A stretch of 64,000 bases of DNA, from assembly GCA_012026655.1 (NCBI GenBank), contig JAAILG010000064.1, forward strand, positions 1 to 64,000, given 5' to 3'. The translations under genes were made by a program, and so were the position numbers. The DNA is from Hydrolagus affinis (lineage: Eukaryota). The stretch's first letter is position 1, and each line of letters begins with the position of its first letter. Below the pieces are notes generated by a model, which made no database searches, was not told the origin of the DNA, and saw only the letters and a program-made list of their open reading frames with translations. This document shows, in pieces, positions 1 to 10,035 of the stretch.

Positions 1-368
1 GACACAGGAGAGAGAATGATGCTGGCCGAGCAGTCCCAGAAATGGTTCCCGACCCACGTCCAGGTGACGGTGATCCAAGCCCGTCAGCTGTGCCCGAAAG
101 GCAAGGGCTGCAGCAACGACGCCTACACCATCATCCAGCTGGGCAAGGAGAAGTACTCGACCTCGGTGGCCGAGAAGAGCCTGTCGCCGACCTGGAAGGA
201 GGAGATGTCGTTCGAGTTGCCGGGCCTGCTGCTGCAGGGCACCCCCGAGAGGTACACCCTGGGGCTGGTGGTCCTGCACCGCTCCTTGGTGGGGATGGAC
301 AAGTTCCTGGGCCAGGTCGCCATCTGCCTCAATCAACTCTTTGAGAACAAGTCCAGGAGGCAGAAAGA
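1..368. promoter_or_regulatory. GC/CpG-rich first exon, probably the 3' edge of the promoter CpG island
   Basis: Dense CpG and almost exclusively G/C third codon positions, unlike the AT-rich introns and later exons. The TSS lies upstream of the window. Confidence 0.55.
16..368 (+). CDS. rab11fip2: Rab11-FIP2 coding exon 1 (N-terminal C2 domain)
   Basis: MMLAEQSQKWFPTHVQVTVIQA...IIQLGKEKYSTSVAEK...FELPGLLLQG...HRSLVGMDKFLGQV closely matches the vertebrate RAB11FIP2 N-terminus (MMLSEQAQKWFPTHVQVTVLQA...). Ends at donor GA|GTAAGT (GT 369-370), phase 2, 353 coding nt. Confidence 0.97.
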
Positions 369-372
369 GTAA

Positions 373-432
373 GTGTGTGTGGTGTGTGTGTGTCAATAAT
401 ACTACTGTATGTGTGTATGTGTGTGTGTGTGG
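373..432. repeat. Interrupted (GT)n microsatellite directly after the exon 1 donor
   Basis: gtgtgtgtggtgtgtgtgtgtc...gtatgtgtgtatgtgtgtgtgtgtgg. Confidence 0.9.
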
Positions 433-480
433 AATCATTGTATAATGCCTTGTGTAATATGTATAACGATGATAATTTAG

Positions 481-950
481 AATAATAATGAATAACGATC
501 CTGGCATTGTGATGCAGCGCCTTAATCACGGCTTCCGGACGTCTCAAAGCGCCTCACGGCATGTACTGTAAAGAATGTACCTTTCTGCTCCTGCCCCTGG
601 CTCGGTCCCAGGATCCGCTATTGTGAAGCGTTCTGAGACGCCGTCCGGCGGGGAGGGCGCTGTATAAATAAGCGAAGTTGTTGTTGTTGTTTTTTGTAAA
701 GTGAGTCGACTGCATATGTCTTGCGGGCGAAACACGGCAGCCGTTTGGGCCAACAGTGTCCCCACAAACAGCCGTGGGTTGAAATGGTCGGTTTGTTATT
801 GTTTTTTTCCGAGAGGTTATTCAACAACCGACAACCACAAACAAACAAAAATGACATTTATAGAGTGCCTTTCACGTCAGGCGTGTGGACTAAGGAAACT
901 TGCCCAAGATTTCGCCCTGCTTGGAATTGAACCCAGGTTCTCTCACTTTT
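481..950 (-). mobile_element. Diverged SINE copy interrupted by an L2-like 3' fragment (574-694)
   Basis: Reverse-complement SINE tail (gtctcaaagcgcctcac), body and head (taaggaaacttgcccaag...gaacccagg). The insert ends in (TTG)n and is flanked by duplicated TGTAAAG (567-573, 695-701). Confidence 0.8.
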
Positions 951-954
951 GATG

Positions 955-1490
955 TAGCAAGGACTATTATTATATACTATCTCCATCACGTCTTCGAGAG
1001 GTCTCCAAGCGCTTCACCAGGATTCCGTGTTGAGAGTAGTGATTGTGCGTATTGTGGGCGAAACCTTAACTTACCTCTAATACCTGTTTACGAAACTCGT
1101 GCTGAATAATGTGCGGAAAATGTTTTTTTTAAAATCAATCGCCATCCTACCTTTCATTCCATATAACAAAAAACTCAGCTGTTCAAATAAAAGATGGACT
1201 AATAATAATAATCCTCGCCTTTGATATAGCGCTTCATCATGCCTCTGAGATGTCTCAAAGCGCTTCACAGGATGTACTGTAAAGTGAATTGACTATATTT
1301 TTATGTGTTTTTTAGATATAATAATACTATTAATTAATAATAATCTTTGCATTTGATATTTTTTATTTATAATAATATTGGGTTATAGGGTTATTTTGTG
1401 ACATGTACGAATGTAATTTTGTCGTTACCATGCCTTTTAGGCATCTCAAAGCCTCTGACAGGATATTGTGTATATTTTGTGGAGTCTTGT
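955..1490 (-). mobile_element. Cluster of SINE 3'-tail fragments
   Basis: Three to four partial reverse-complement tails (tctcaaagcgcttcacag...tgtaaagtgaattgac; aataataatc..tgcatttgata). Confidence 0.7.
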
Positions 1491-1919
1491 GTGCAATCTG
1501 GTTCATTTCTGTTTTTCTTTCTCTTCCTCCTCCTCCCCCCCTCAAAAAATTCTAATATTTTGTATTTGATATACAATATTTGCTGGGAATACAGTATGGA
1601 GTGTGTGTAACCCAAATTCAGCTCATCCCTCCTCTCTCCTCCCCCTCTTATTCTCCACCCATCTTCCCTTTAAAAGCTGAAATTATTAGCTGCAGCATGA
1701 CAGAATGGTGGTTTTGATTATGTCAATTTGAAGTGATTTGTCAGTGGTTCAAGGTGATTGGATTGCTATTTTTAAACTTAAGAGTTTCCTATATTCTGTA
1801 TTTTCTTTTGAAAAACGTCCATTTAGTTGCCTATTCTAATACAGTATTTTATTGGTCACTAGGAAATGTATTAAGTTATTTTAGTGGCCACTATTTAATG
1901 CATTGTAGTACTATGCATG

Positions 1920-2222
1920 TGTTGATGAGGTGTGTCACCAGGAAGTATACAGTTTCCAAATGTACTGCAATTCTTTTTGCTTATCTACACTATTTTTTAC
2001 AGTTTCACTTACATTGCACAATTTTACTATACTATATGGAGGGCACATTGTGAAGATGAAAAGCTTGTTTGGTGTGTTGATGGGGTGTGTCACCAGGAAG
2101 TGTACAGTTTCAAAATATACCGCAATTATTTTTGCTTATCTACACTTTTTTTTATAGTGTCACTACATTGCACAATTTTACTATACTGTACGGAGGGCAC
2201 ATTGTGAAGATGAAAAGCTTGT
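1920..2222. repeat. Two-copy tandem duplication, unit about 155 bp
   Basis: tgttgatg.ggtgtgtcaccaggaagt...gagggcacattgtgaagatgaaaagcttgt at about 1920-2068 and 2075-2222, roughly 90% identical by eye. Confidence 0.95.
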
Positions 2223-2289
2223 CTAGTACTGACTACAAAAAAGATGATTATGAATTTAAAGGCAGTAATCAAATTTCAGGAGTTATTCT

Positions 2290-2440
2290 TTTTTTTCGAC
2301 TGTGCCATCGGTCAGCCCCCTTCCCTCCACCCTCTCTGATACAAACCCCCAGATCGGGTCCGAAACATTGACTGCCCAGCGTTTTGGGACATCCTCCCAA
2401 CATGAAAGACATTATACGAATGTAATGTTGTTGTTGTTTT
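2290..2440 (+). mobile_element. L2-type LINE 3' end fragment
   Basis: cccagcgttttgggacatcctcccaacatgaaagacattatacgaatgtaatgttgttgttg, the same tail as the other L2 ends in the window. Confidence 0.7.
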
Positions 2441-3674
2441 GGGAATAGGACCTAATAATTATGACCGTTAGGACAGTGGGGTTGAATCGCATCCTTATAC
2501 ATTTGGTATAATGTATATTATATTCTCATATAATATAGCATATAATGCTATCCTCCCATCTCCCACCCAGTTGTACATCATATTTTGCTGTAGGTAAGGG
2601 CCTAAGAAGGCCCAGTGCATTTGCACCCTCATTGTTCTGTCTGAAATACACCATGTCATAATAGATTACAGGATGTTGCTCAGGCAACAATTTTGACAGG
2701 CTTCAAATAAATAGGCTGCTTTTTGCAGGGTCCACATCCCAGTCAATCATTCGATTGACTTTGGACCAGACAATTCTGCATTGAAATCCTCGTGGGCCAA
2801 TCCAGGCCTTCATCCTTTTGAGGTCAATTAAAATCAGTGCTTTGCTTGAAACAAATTCATCCAGGAGAATGGGTTAGACGCATCTAAAAGCGTTCTCAGT
2901 TGCTGGGCTAGCTCTGAAGAGAGATGATCGTCAAAACCAGGCAGTCTGCCACAAATTCAAAGCACTGTTGATGGGTTGAGCAGCCAGTCTAATCGATGGG
3001 ACTTGAGGTTGTAGACGTGTCCTCAAGCCCTTCAAGTTGAAGTCTTAATAGATAGTGCTGTCCTAACAGGCTGCATTGTATCCTTACCATTCCTTCTGTT
3101 CACTTATATTTTTCTCATGCAGTTGCATGTAAGCCGGCCATTCAAATGCTACCCACATCAGGCCTTTGTGGTTTTATTCATAATAGATTGAATCTGTTTG
3201 ACTCCATAGCTAACTGAGCACAGTTTTTTAAGTATCTTTGTTGAATGCAAAGAGATCCAAGTCCACAACATTAAAAAGGTGTAAATATCACTGTTGATGC
3301 AGTAAATCAGCATTGAGGGGAAAAGCACATTCCAAGCAGCCATAAATAGGTGAAATGAGCACATTCTTTTCCATCACACTGGTGAAATACCATCTCATTA
3401 CTTCTCTATATTCTTGTAAGTTCCATTTGTTGTAGTGGTTTGTTTTCTCTCTGTAGCATCACAGTTTCTGAAATACTTCACAAATAAAATTCTGTTGTCC
3501 TAACAATCGTGCCTGCAGTCCATTCTATCTTCCTCCAATCAGAAAAACCCAAACTCTTCAGGTTTCGATATTCTTCAGTTCTATAGTCTTATTTATCGAT
3601 AACGTTTAAAAAAAAATGTGCATTACCTGTTTGGATTATATTTGCTGGGCATTCATGCAAAACAGTAACCAGGC

Positions 3675-3972
3675 AGTCCTGTAGCTCATTGGTTAGAGCC
3701 TTGCAAGCAAGAGATCTAGGTTTGATTCCCAGCAGGGCAAAACCTTGGAGTAAGTTTCCTTACTCCACGCGCCCACACCTGATAATCCCTCAAGAAAAAG
3801 TAATAAAATTGGTCACACAATCTACGACTGTTCATGGGACATTGCTTTGTGCAATTGGCTTCCCGGTTGGCACACAAATGTATGGTCAATTCACTTTACA
3901 CTACATTCTGTAAAGCATTTTGAGATGTCTAAAAGACATGAAAAGTGCTATACCAAATGCAAGGATTATTAT
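3675..3972 (+). mobile_element. Full-length tRNA-derived SINE (DeuSINE-type body and tail), short variant
   Basis: Head gtcctgtagctca.tggttagagc (A box)...ggtttgattccc (B box), body tgggacattgctttgtgcaattggct, tail tgtaaagcattttgagatgtc...aaatgcaaggattattat. Confidence 0.9.
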
Positions 3973-5322
3973 AAACGATCAACCAACAAAATACTACAGT
4001 TAGCAAAGCTATCCCAGTTGTTGACCATATTTCGTTCCAGGTTAAGGTCTCGTATGGATTATTTCCGTAGCAGAGCGAAGAAGGTGCATTGCAACTGGGT
4101 TGAAATTTATTAAAACCAGGACACAAAGGTGGAGAGAACAAAAAGGGAAATCAAGCTGAGATAGAGTGGAACCACAGATGATAGCCTTAACAGCAGGAAG
4201 CTGGGAGAGAAAAGTTGAGTTACTTGATCATTAGAAGGGATTTGGGGTGAAATTTCAAGAAAGGTACTTACTCTTCAAAACAATCAGCCATTCATAAAGC
4301 CTTATTAACCAGTTTTCTTTAGGTTTTAATGAACAAACTGCTCTTTCTGTCACGTATAATGATTAAAATCTGTAGGCTTCTAGGGTCTATAAGTTTTTAT
4401 CCTTCAGCCTAATTTGACTGAGTGGTCAGGATGAATTGGAAAAATAAAACGTGGAAACCTGCAGGCTTCTGTGAGAGGTATCCTCACCAAAACAAATCAG
4501 GGGCTTAACCTAATCCCCTTCTTTATTTTCTCCATTCTCACTCACAGGTGCAGTCAGGAGAGCTCCTTGAAAGAGAGTTAACGTACAGTGATAGCAGGAC
4601 CTAGAAGCTGACTGTTTAGTATAGGGCCTACCTCTTACCCCTGCAGTTCCCTCTTTCTCGTAGGCATTTCTGGAGGCTAAGACACATGGATTGTTATCAT
4701 ATCGTCCATTGCCTTCCAGTGCTAGATTCAGATTTATACCACGATGACGAGTATTTCCTGTTGAAATGACTCGGGCAGTTTCCCCACAATGAGTTTCATC
4801 AATTTAGAGTGTTGTTGGTGTTGCTTAGAGAGGCAGGAGATGTGAAAGGTGGATAATTTTTCCAGGGGTAATAATTCCTTAAAAAACAATAATAATTTGG
4901 TCACTCAATCCAAAGTTGTTTGTGGGACACTGCTGTGCTCGATTGGCTGCTGCATGTCACTTGCAGGTAAGCGTTGATTACTACACTTCGATTTATGACA
5001 TTTCGATTGAAGGACCATAATTTTTTAACACCTTTTAATAGATATATGACACTAGGATTCGTTTTACGGCCCCCAAAATTTTTTGCGCATGCGAAGTACG
5101 TATTTTGAAAATCATGGTCACATTTTCGCTCTTCCTTTTTGTCCATGTGCGCAGTCCATAGTGTATTTGTGGGTAAATCCAAGCGTTCGAACCGGTCAAT
5201 AGAATGTCGCCACATCATTGTTTACAAGCCAGCTGATTTTGAAGCGTCATCGCCCCACGTCAGTATTACAGTAATTTCCTATCATTCCTGAGCAACTTCG
5301 AGCGATTTACAGCCTCTACCGC

Positions 5323-5950
5323 GTGCCTACCAGGAAGAGAACAGCAGTAAGTGAAATAAGCAGTGGTGATACCGCTAGCAGCCAGAAACCCCCCAAAGTT
5401 ATCACTTTAAATACCAAATTGGAGGTGATAAAGCGTATCGATTCTGATGAAAAAAATACGGACATCGGGAGGGCTTTAGGGCGAGCTAGATCGACGGCGG
5501 CTACTATAAAACAGAATAAGGACAATATACTGGCAAGTTCAAGGTGTGTTACAGCTACAGGTGCAAGCAGATANNNNNNNNNNNNNNNNNNNNNNNNNNN
5601 NNNNNNNNNNNNNNNNNNNNNNNNNNNNNNNNNNNNNNNNNNNNNNNNNNNNNNNNNNNNNNNNNNNNNNNNNTGTGATGGAAAACATGGAAAGAATGCT
5701 GAGTGTCTGGATTGAGGATCAGAACCAGCGTAATATACCACTCAACACCCTGGTTATCCAAGAGAAGGCAAAATCATTGTTTAGGGAGTTAAATGATCAG
5801 GAAGGAGAAGGCTCAACGGCACCATCTTTCAGTGCTAGCAGAGGCTGGTGTCAAAGGTTTAAAAGACGAAAAGGGCTCCACAACATCAAGATGAGTGGGG
5901 AAGCTACAAGTGCTGATACCGTTGCTGTACAAGAATATCCTGCTGAGTTA
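5323..5950 (+). pseudogene. Truncated pogo/Tigger transposase, DNA-binding half only
   Basis: ORFs 5323-5715 and 5546-6085 lie either side of the N gap; similarity stops after ...EYPAEL, before the catalytic domain. Confidence 0.85.
5574..5673. other. Assembly gap (100 N)
   Basis: Run of exactly 100 N. Confidence 1.
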
Positions 5951-6294
5951 TTTTGTGAGTTTAAGGTCCGAAAATGTTGTGAAAAGAACTGGTTATATAA
6001 TAGGACTGCATGGGAAATTGTGTTTCGATTTAGCACGTTTCGATATACATACAGTTTTTCAGGATCGCAACCCCGTCGTAAATAGAGGTTTACCTGTACA
6101 GTCAATTCACTTTATACTATATTCTGTGAAGCACTTTGAGACATCTAAAAGATGTGAAAAGCGCTACTGTATATCCAATGCAAGAATTTATTATTATTTT
6201 AACATTTGTAAACAAGAATCCTGTCTGAAAAATAAAATAAACTAACCTCCAGTTACACCTTGTACATTTCCCTCATGTTATTTTGTCTTTTTCA

Positions 6295-6565
6295 GATAAT
6301 AATAATATTAATAATAATCCTTGCATTTGATATAGAGCTTTATCACGTTGTTGAGACGTCTCAAAGCGCTTCAAAGAATATATTGTAAAGTGGATCGAAT
6401 GTGTATTTTGTGGGTGTAAGTGGAAATTCTGTTTACAATTTCTTTACCCAGCATGGTTCATTTATGTTCATACTGTATTGTAATTCACTTTACAGTATAT
6501 CCTGTGAGGCACTTTGAGACTTTTAGGAGACACGAAAAGTGCTATATCGAATGTAAGGATTATCA
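6295..6565. mobile_element. Two SINE tail fragments in opposite orientation
   Basis: Minus-strand tail 6295-6420 and plus-strand tail 6478-6565. Confidence 0.8.
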
Positions 6566-6568
6566 ATA

Positions 6569-7021
6569 CAGGTATCACGCCCCAACCGCGGGGGATACGT
6601 TCCTGAAAACCCCCGTGGTTAGTAAAACCATGGTTTGCAAATACAAAGCCCTATGGGAAACATGGGGTTAGGGGGAGTAAGTTGCTTGTTCTTTTACTAA
6701 ACACAAAAAAACACAATAACCTAACAAAAACAAATGTTCAAATAACACAATAAAAAATATATAAAAAACAATAAATTCATGTTATTTACCTTGATTCTAA
6801 GAGAGAAGTGACATCGTGGCTGGTTAATTGTGACATCGCAACTGGGTCCTAGCGTGAAGCGACATTGTGGCTGGTTGATACAACTGGATCCTAGTGCTAA
6901 ACGCTAAAACCCGTGGATACGCAAAATTCACTGCCGCGGTTGGCAAAGCTTGTCGCAGAGAGGCAACCGTGGATATGTGAAATTCGCGGTAGAAAAAACC
7001 GCGGTTGGGGCGGGGTACCTG
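6569..7021. mobile_element. Non-autonomous Tigger/MER2-type MITE, 453 bp
   Basis: 23-bp TIRs CAGGTATCACGCCCCAACCGCGG / CCGCGGTTGGGGCGGGGTACCTG (21/23 match), TA duplication at 6567-6568 and 7022-7023, and a subterminal GGGGATACGTTCC motif typical of MER2-group elements. Confidence 0.92.
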
Positions 7022-7784
7022 TATTGTACCCCAAGGAAGCTCTTTTGCTGTGGTGAGGGAGCAGGAGAGAAAATTAGAATTTTATTCATGCTACATCCAA
7101 CTGAGCTTGACTTGACCTGATTCAGGAATTCTTGACACTAACATAGTCAAGCTCTGGGATACTACCCTGCATGAGAGGCACTAAATAAATGCAAGTTGTT
7201 GTGGCTGACATTGGGTTACGAAATGTGGAAAAGTAATTCCGCTTCTACAGGGGTGATATCATTTACTTTAATGAGTACAATAAAAAGTGAATCTGTGCTA
7301 AGCAGTCTAAAGCTACTTTGTATAAATTGTGTAAGTGACCAGGCAGGAAGTATATGTATGTAGAATACAAATGTCGTTCTGTCCTGTAGTTCAGTGTTGA
7401 TACTTGGTTGATACCAAAAGGTAGATTGCTTATTTTTTTTAAAAGCCATATGCTTTTCCGTATGCTCAAACATCTTCTCATTTGGACCAGGCAACTTTGT
7501 AACACTTTTGATTATTTTTCACAGATTTTTTAAATTGTTTATTTTCTCAATAAAACCCACAGAAATCAAAGCCAACACCCAAAATAGGGAGAGAGGCTCA
7601 TATTTTATTTTTTAATTCATACTTTATGCTTATTTGTTGCACTCAATGTGAACATTGAAAGATGTTATTGTGTGCATTTTGTTTTTCTAATAGAAAGTAC
7701 AATACCACAGCATAGAGTTGCTGATTTTAAAGCAATTGTGTATTGGTACAGTGGTATTTACTCAACTACGTATAAACAAAACAC

Positions 7785-7979
7785 AAAATTCTGCAGATGC
7801 TGGAAATCTGAAACAAAAACAGAGAGCTAGGAAGACTCAGCAGGTCAGGCAGCATCTATGGAGAAAGGAAAGTGAGTCAAGTGCCAAAGGGTCATGGACC
7901 CGAAAAGTTGACTCTCTTTCCTTTCTCCATAGATGCTGCCTGGCCTGCTGAGTTTTCCCAGTTCTCTGTTTTTGTTTCA
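7785..7979. mobile_element. Palindromic element, probably inverted termini of a Penelope-like retroelement
   Basis: 72-nt arms 7809-7880 and 7908-7979 with 5 differences, preceded by ctgcagatgctggaaatc. The family assignment is recalled from shark repeats, not from a search. Confidence 0.7.
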
Positions 7980-8654
7980 TATTTACTCAACTGTTAGCCT
8001 ATGTTGGATCGTATACTTCACTACTAACCAATGTTGGATTGGGAGCCAATCCAAAATATTGATTTCAGTTTCATCGCTATGATGGTATTTTGTGCATTCA
8101 TTGTAAAAACTAGACAGATTAAATTACTGATCTGGGAGATTAGGTTGAGTTTGTAATAGTAGATAAGATCACAGCAAAGTGGGTGTTTCAGGAACAGTGC
8201 AGGGATTCACTATATAACTAGTCGTTTCGCTACTTATTAGAGGCATGTTTTCAGAAGCCTGTGCCAAATAGGATAATTTGCCTTCAACCTTCAAGGGAAT
8301 TGATAAGGTGCTAGTACTTTTCAGGATAGATCAAATCTACTTTTTTTTACTAGAAATGTATTTTCTCGTTCTGTTTGGTGATGAGCGATTTAAAAAAAAT
8401 TGTACGATCTCGATTTTTCATTGTATATATTAATAGTGATTTATTGGGGGTTTTTCTCCTCCCTGAACTATTGACAATTGTTGGCTGAGGTTCCTGCCTT
8501 TCCCGGTAGGTGAGGAGTTGTTTGAGGGGAAAAAAGAGTTCAATGGTGACAGGTTCACAGGCTGTTAAAGTGTGAAGTGTGACTAATGCATTATTTTGAT
8601 GGTTAGTATGAAGGAGAAAATGATGGCCTGTCAAAGCTAATAATTCTCGCATTT

Positions 8655-8945
8655 ATAAATAATTCCTGCATTTGATATAGTGCTGTAACACGCCTTCAAG
8701 ACATCTCAAAGCGCTTCACAGAATATACTGTAAAGTGTAATGACTATTGTGGGAGCAAAATGCTGCAGACAATTGTGCACAGCAGTGTCCCACAAACAAA
8801 CAGTTGTGGATTGCATGACCAAATTATTATTTGCAGGGATTATCCACCAATCAACTCGCAACCAGTTTCTTGCTTACTGCTAGGCGAACAGAGGTGTGTG
8901 GAATAAGGCATCTTGTCGAAGGTTTTGCCCCACTCGGGAATCAAA
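8655..8945 (-). mobile_element. SINE, long variant
   Basis: Reverse tail and body plus the extra segment aaccag...cttactgctaggcgaacagagg. Confidence 0.85.
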
Positions 8946-9859
8946 CCAAAAGTTAAGAATTACTTCCAGTAGATGTCCTCCTCAATGCTATCGTTTCTAT
9001 AAAGCTATGCTTTTTGCAGGTGCGCTTGAAAGCAATGTGCTCAATCAAGGTTGGTTTCTGAGTAATTGAGAAAAGTCTCAATTGAACAGAGTTCTATGTT
9101 TTTAAAACTTCAGGCAGCCTAGCAAGCAGGCATTTGTTTGACTACCTTTGGATGCAGCCTAGGCTTCTTAGAGTAATGAATTGATAGTATTGCCTGTAAA
9201 CTCTTCATTTTGGATTCATGCCAGTAGAACACAACTTCAAGCTGACTAGAGCTTTTCCTCATCTGCCACTAACCAGCCCGCTTTAAAATCCAGGAAAGTG
9301 AATGAGCTACAGGACTCCACTGTAAAATGCTGATTGAATGTTGAACCTAACAAGAGAAAACACGCATACTAGGGTGCATTGCATGTGATGAACGATGGAA
9401 ATTCCATTTGTGAGCCAATTTAGTTGCTTTTCAACTTTAGTTAGCTCAAACATTGTTTGCTTGTGACATTGTTGTGTCTATCCCTCACTCAACTGAAGGT
9501 CCTTGCTTATGTTCCATATAATCATTTGTCCCAGCTTCTCTGTAGCTAAAGGTCTGTTGTGCCCCTCAAAATCCATTGGTTGGGATACAATTTAGCATTG
9601 TAGAATCAGTAAATATCCAGATTGTGTATGTGTTTAGTTGTTTGGTTAACATTACAGTCAAACAGTGCTTCCCTGTCTAAATCAATGATTTGCATATTTG
9701 GAAGGTGGGCTGACTTGAGCAGTCTTTAGCCATATCATTCTCACTGTACAGTAGTTTTTCTCCCATGTCTCTTCCCCTCCCACCTCACACCCCAAGGCAA
9801 TGGGCCTTGTGGGTACTGTAGACTAACTATTGCAATCAAGGTTATTTGCAGAGATGTGC

Positions 9860-10035
9860 TGGTTTAAGTAAATCAAATTTTGATGTTTGATTCTTTCAAA
9901 CATGAGATGAGTTTTCTTTTAGGAAATAACAATATGGGATATGGTACTTGGGTAGTTTGGGATATGTGTGCTTGTGACCACCTGGAAGGCGAACTGGATG
10001 GATCTTGGTCTTTTTTCGTCTAGCATTTCTTATGC
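9860..10035 (+). mobile_element. CR1-type LINE 3' end, old
   Basis: ttcaaacatgagatgag...gggatatgg...gcgaactggatggatcttggtcttttttcgtctagcatttcttatg. Confidence 0.55.

Larger units (their letters stand above)
4964..6096 (+). mobile_element. Internally deleted Tigger/pogo (Tc1/mariner superfamily) DNA transposon
   Basis: Termini CAGGTAA...TTACCTG followed by TA. Encodes a pipsqueak-type HTH (KVITLNTKLEVIKRIDSDEKNTDIGRALG...STAATIKQNKDNI) and a CENP-B-type HTH (MERMLSVWIEDQNQRNIPL...IQEKAKSLF...FSASRGWCQRFKRR.GLHNIKMSGEATSAD). No DDE domain. Confidence 0.9.
4858..6200 (+). mobile_element. SINE split by the Tigger insertion (arms 4858-4963 and 6097-6200)
   Basis: Body ends ...gattggctgctgcatgtcac before the transposon and resumes tacagtcaattcacttt...gaagcactttgagacatc...atgcaagaatttattatt after it. 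Confidence 0.85.

Noticed and set aside
42-344. Overlapping 100-aa alternative-frame ORF in exon 1
   Set aside because: Expected by-product of high GC3, which suppresses stops in other frames; no domain similarity.
5323-6085. Domesticated TIGD/CENP-B-like host gene
   Set aside because: Still bounded by transposon termini, nested in a SINE, lacks the DDE domain and begins at GTG; best read as a defective element.
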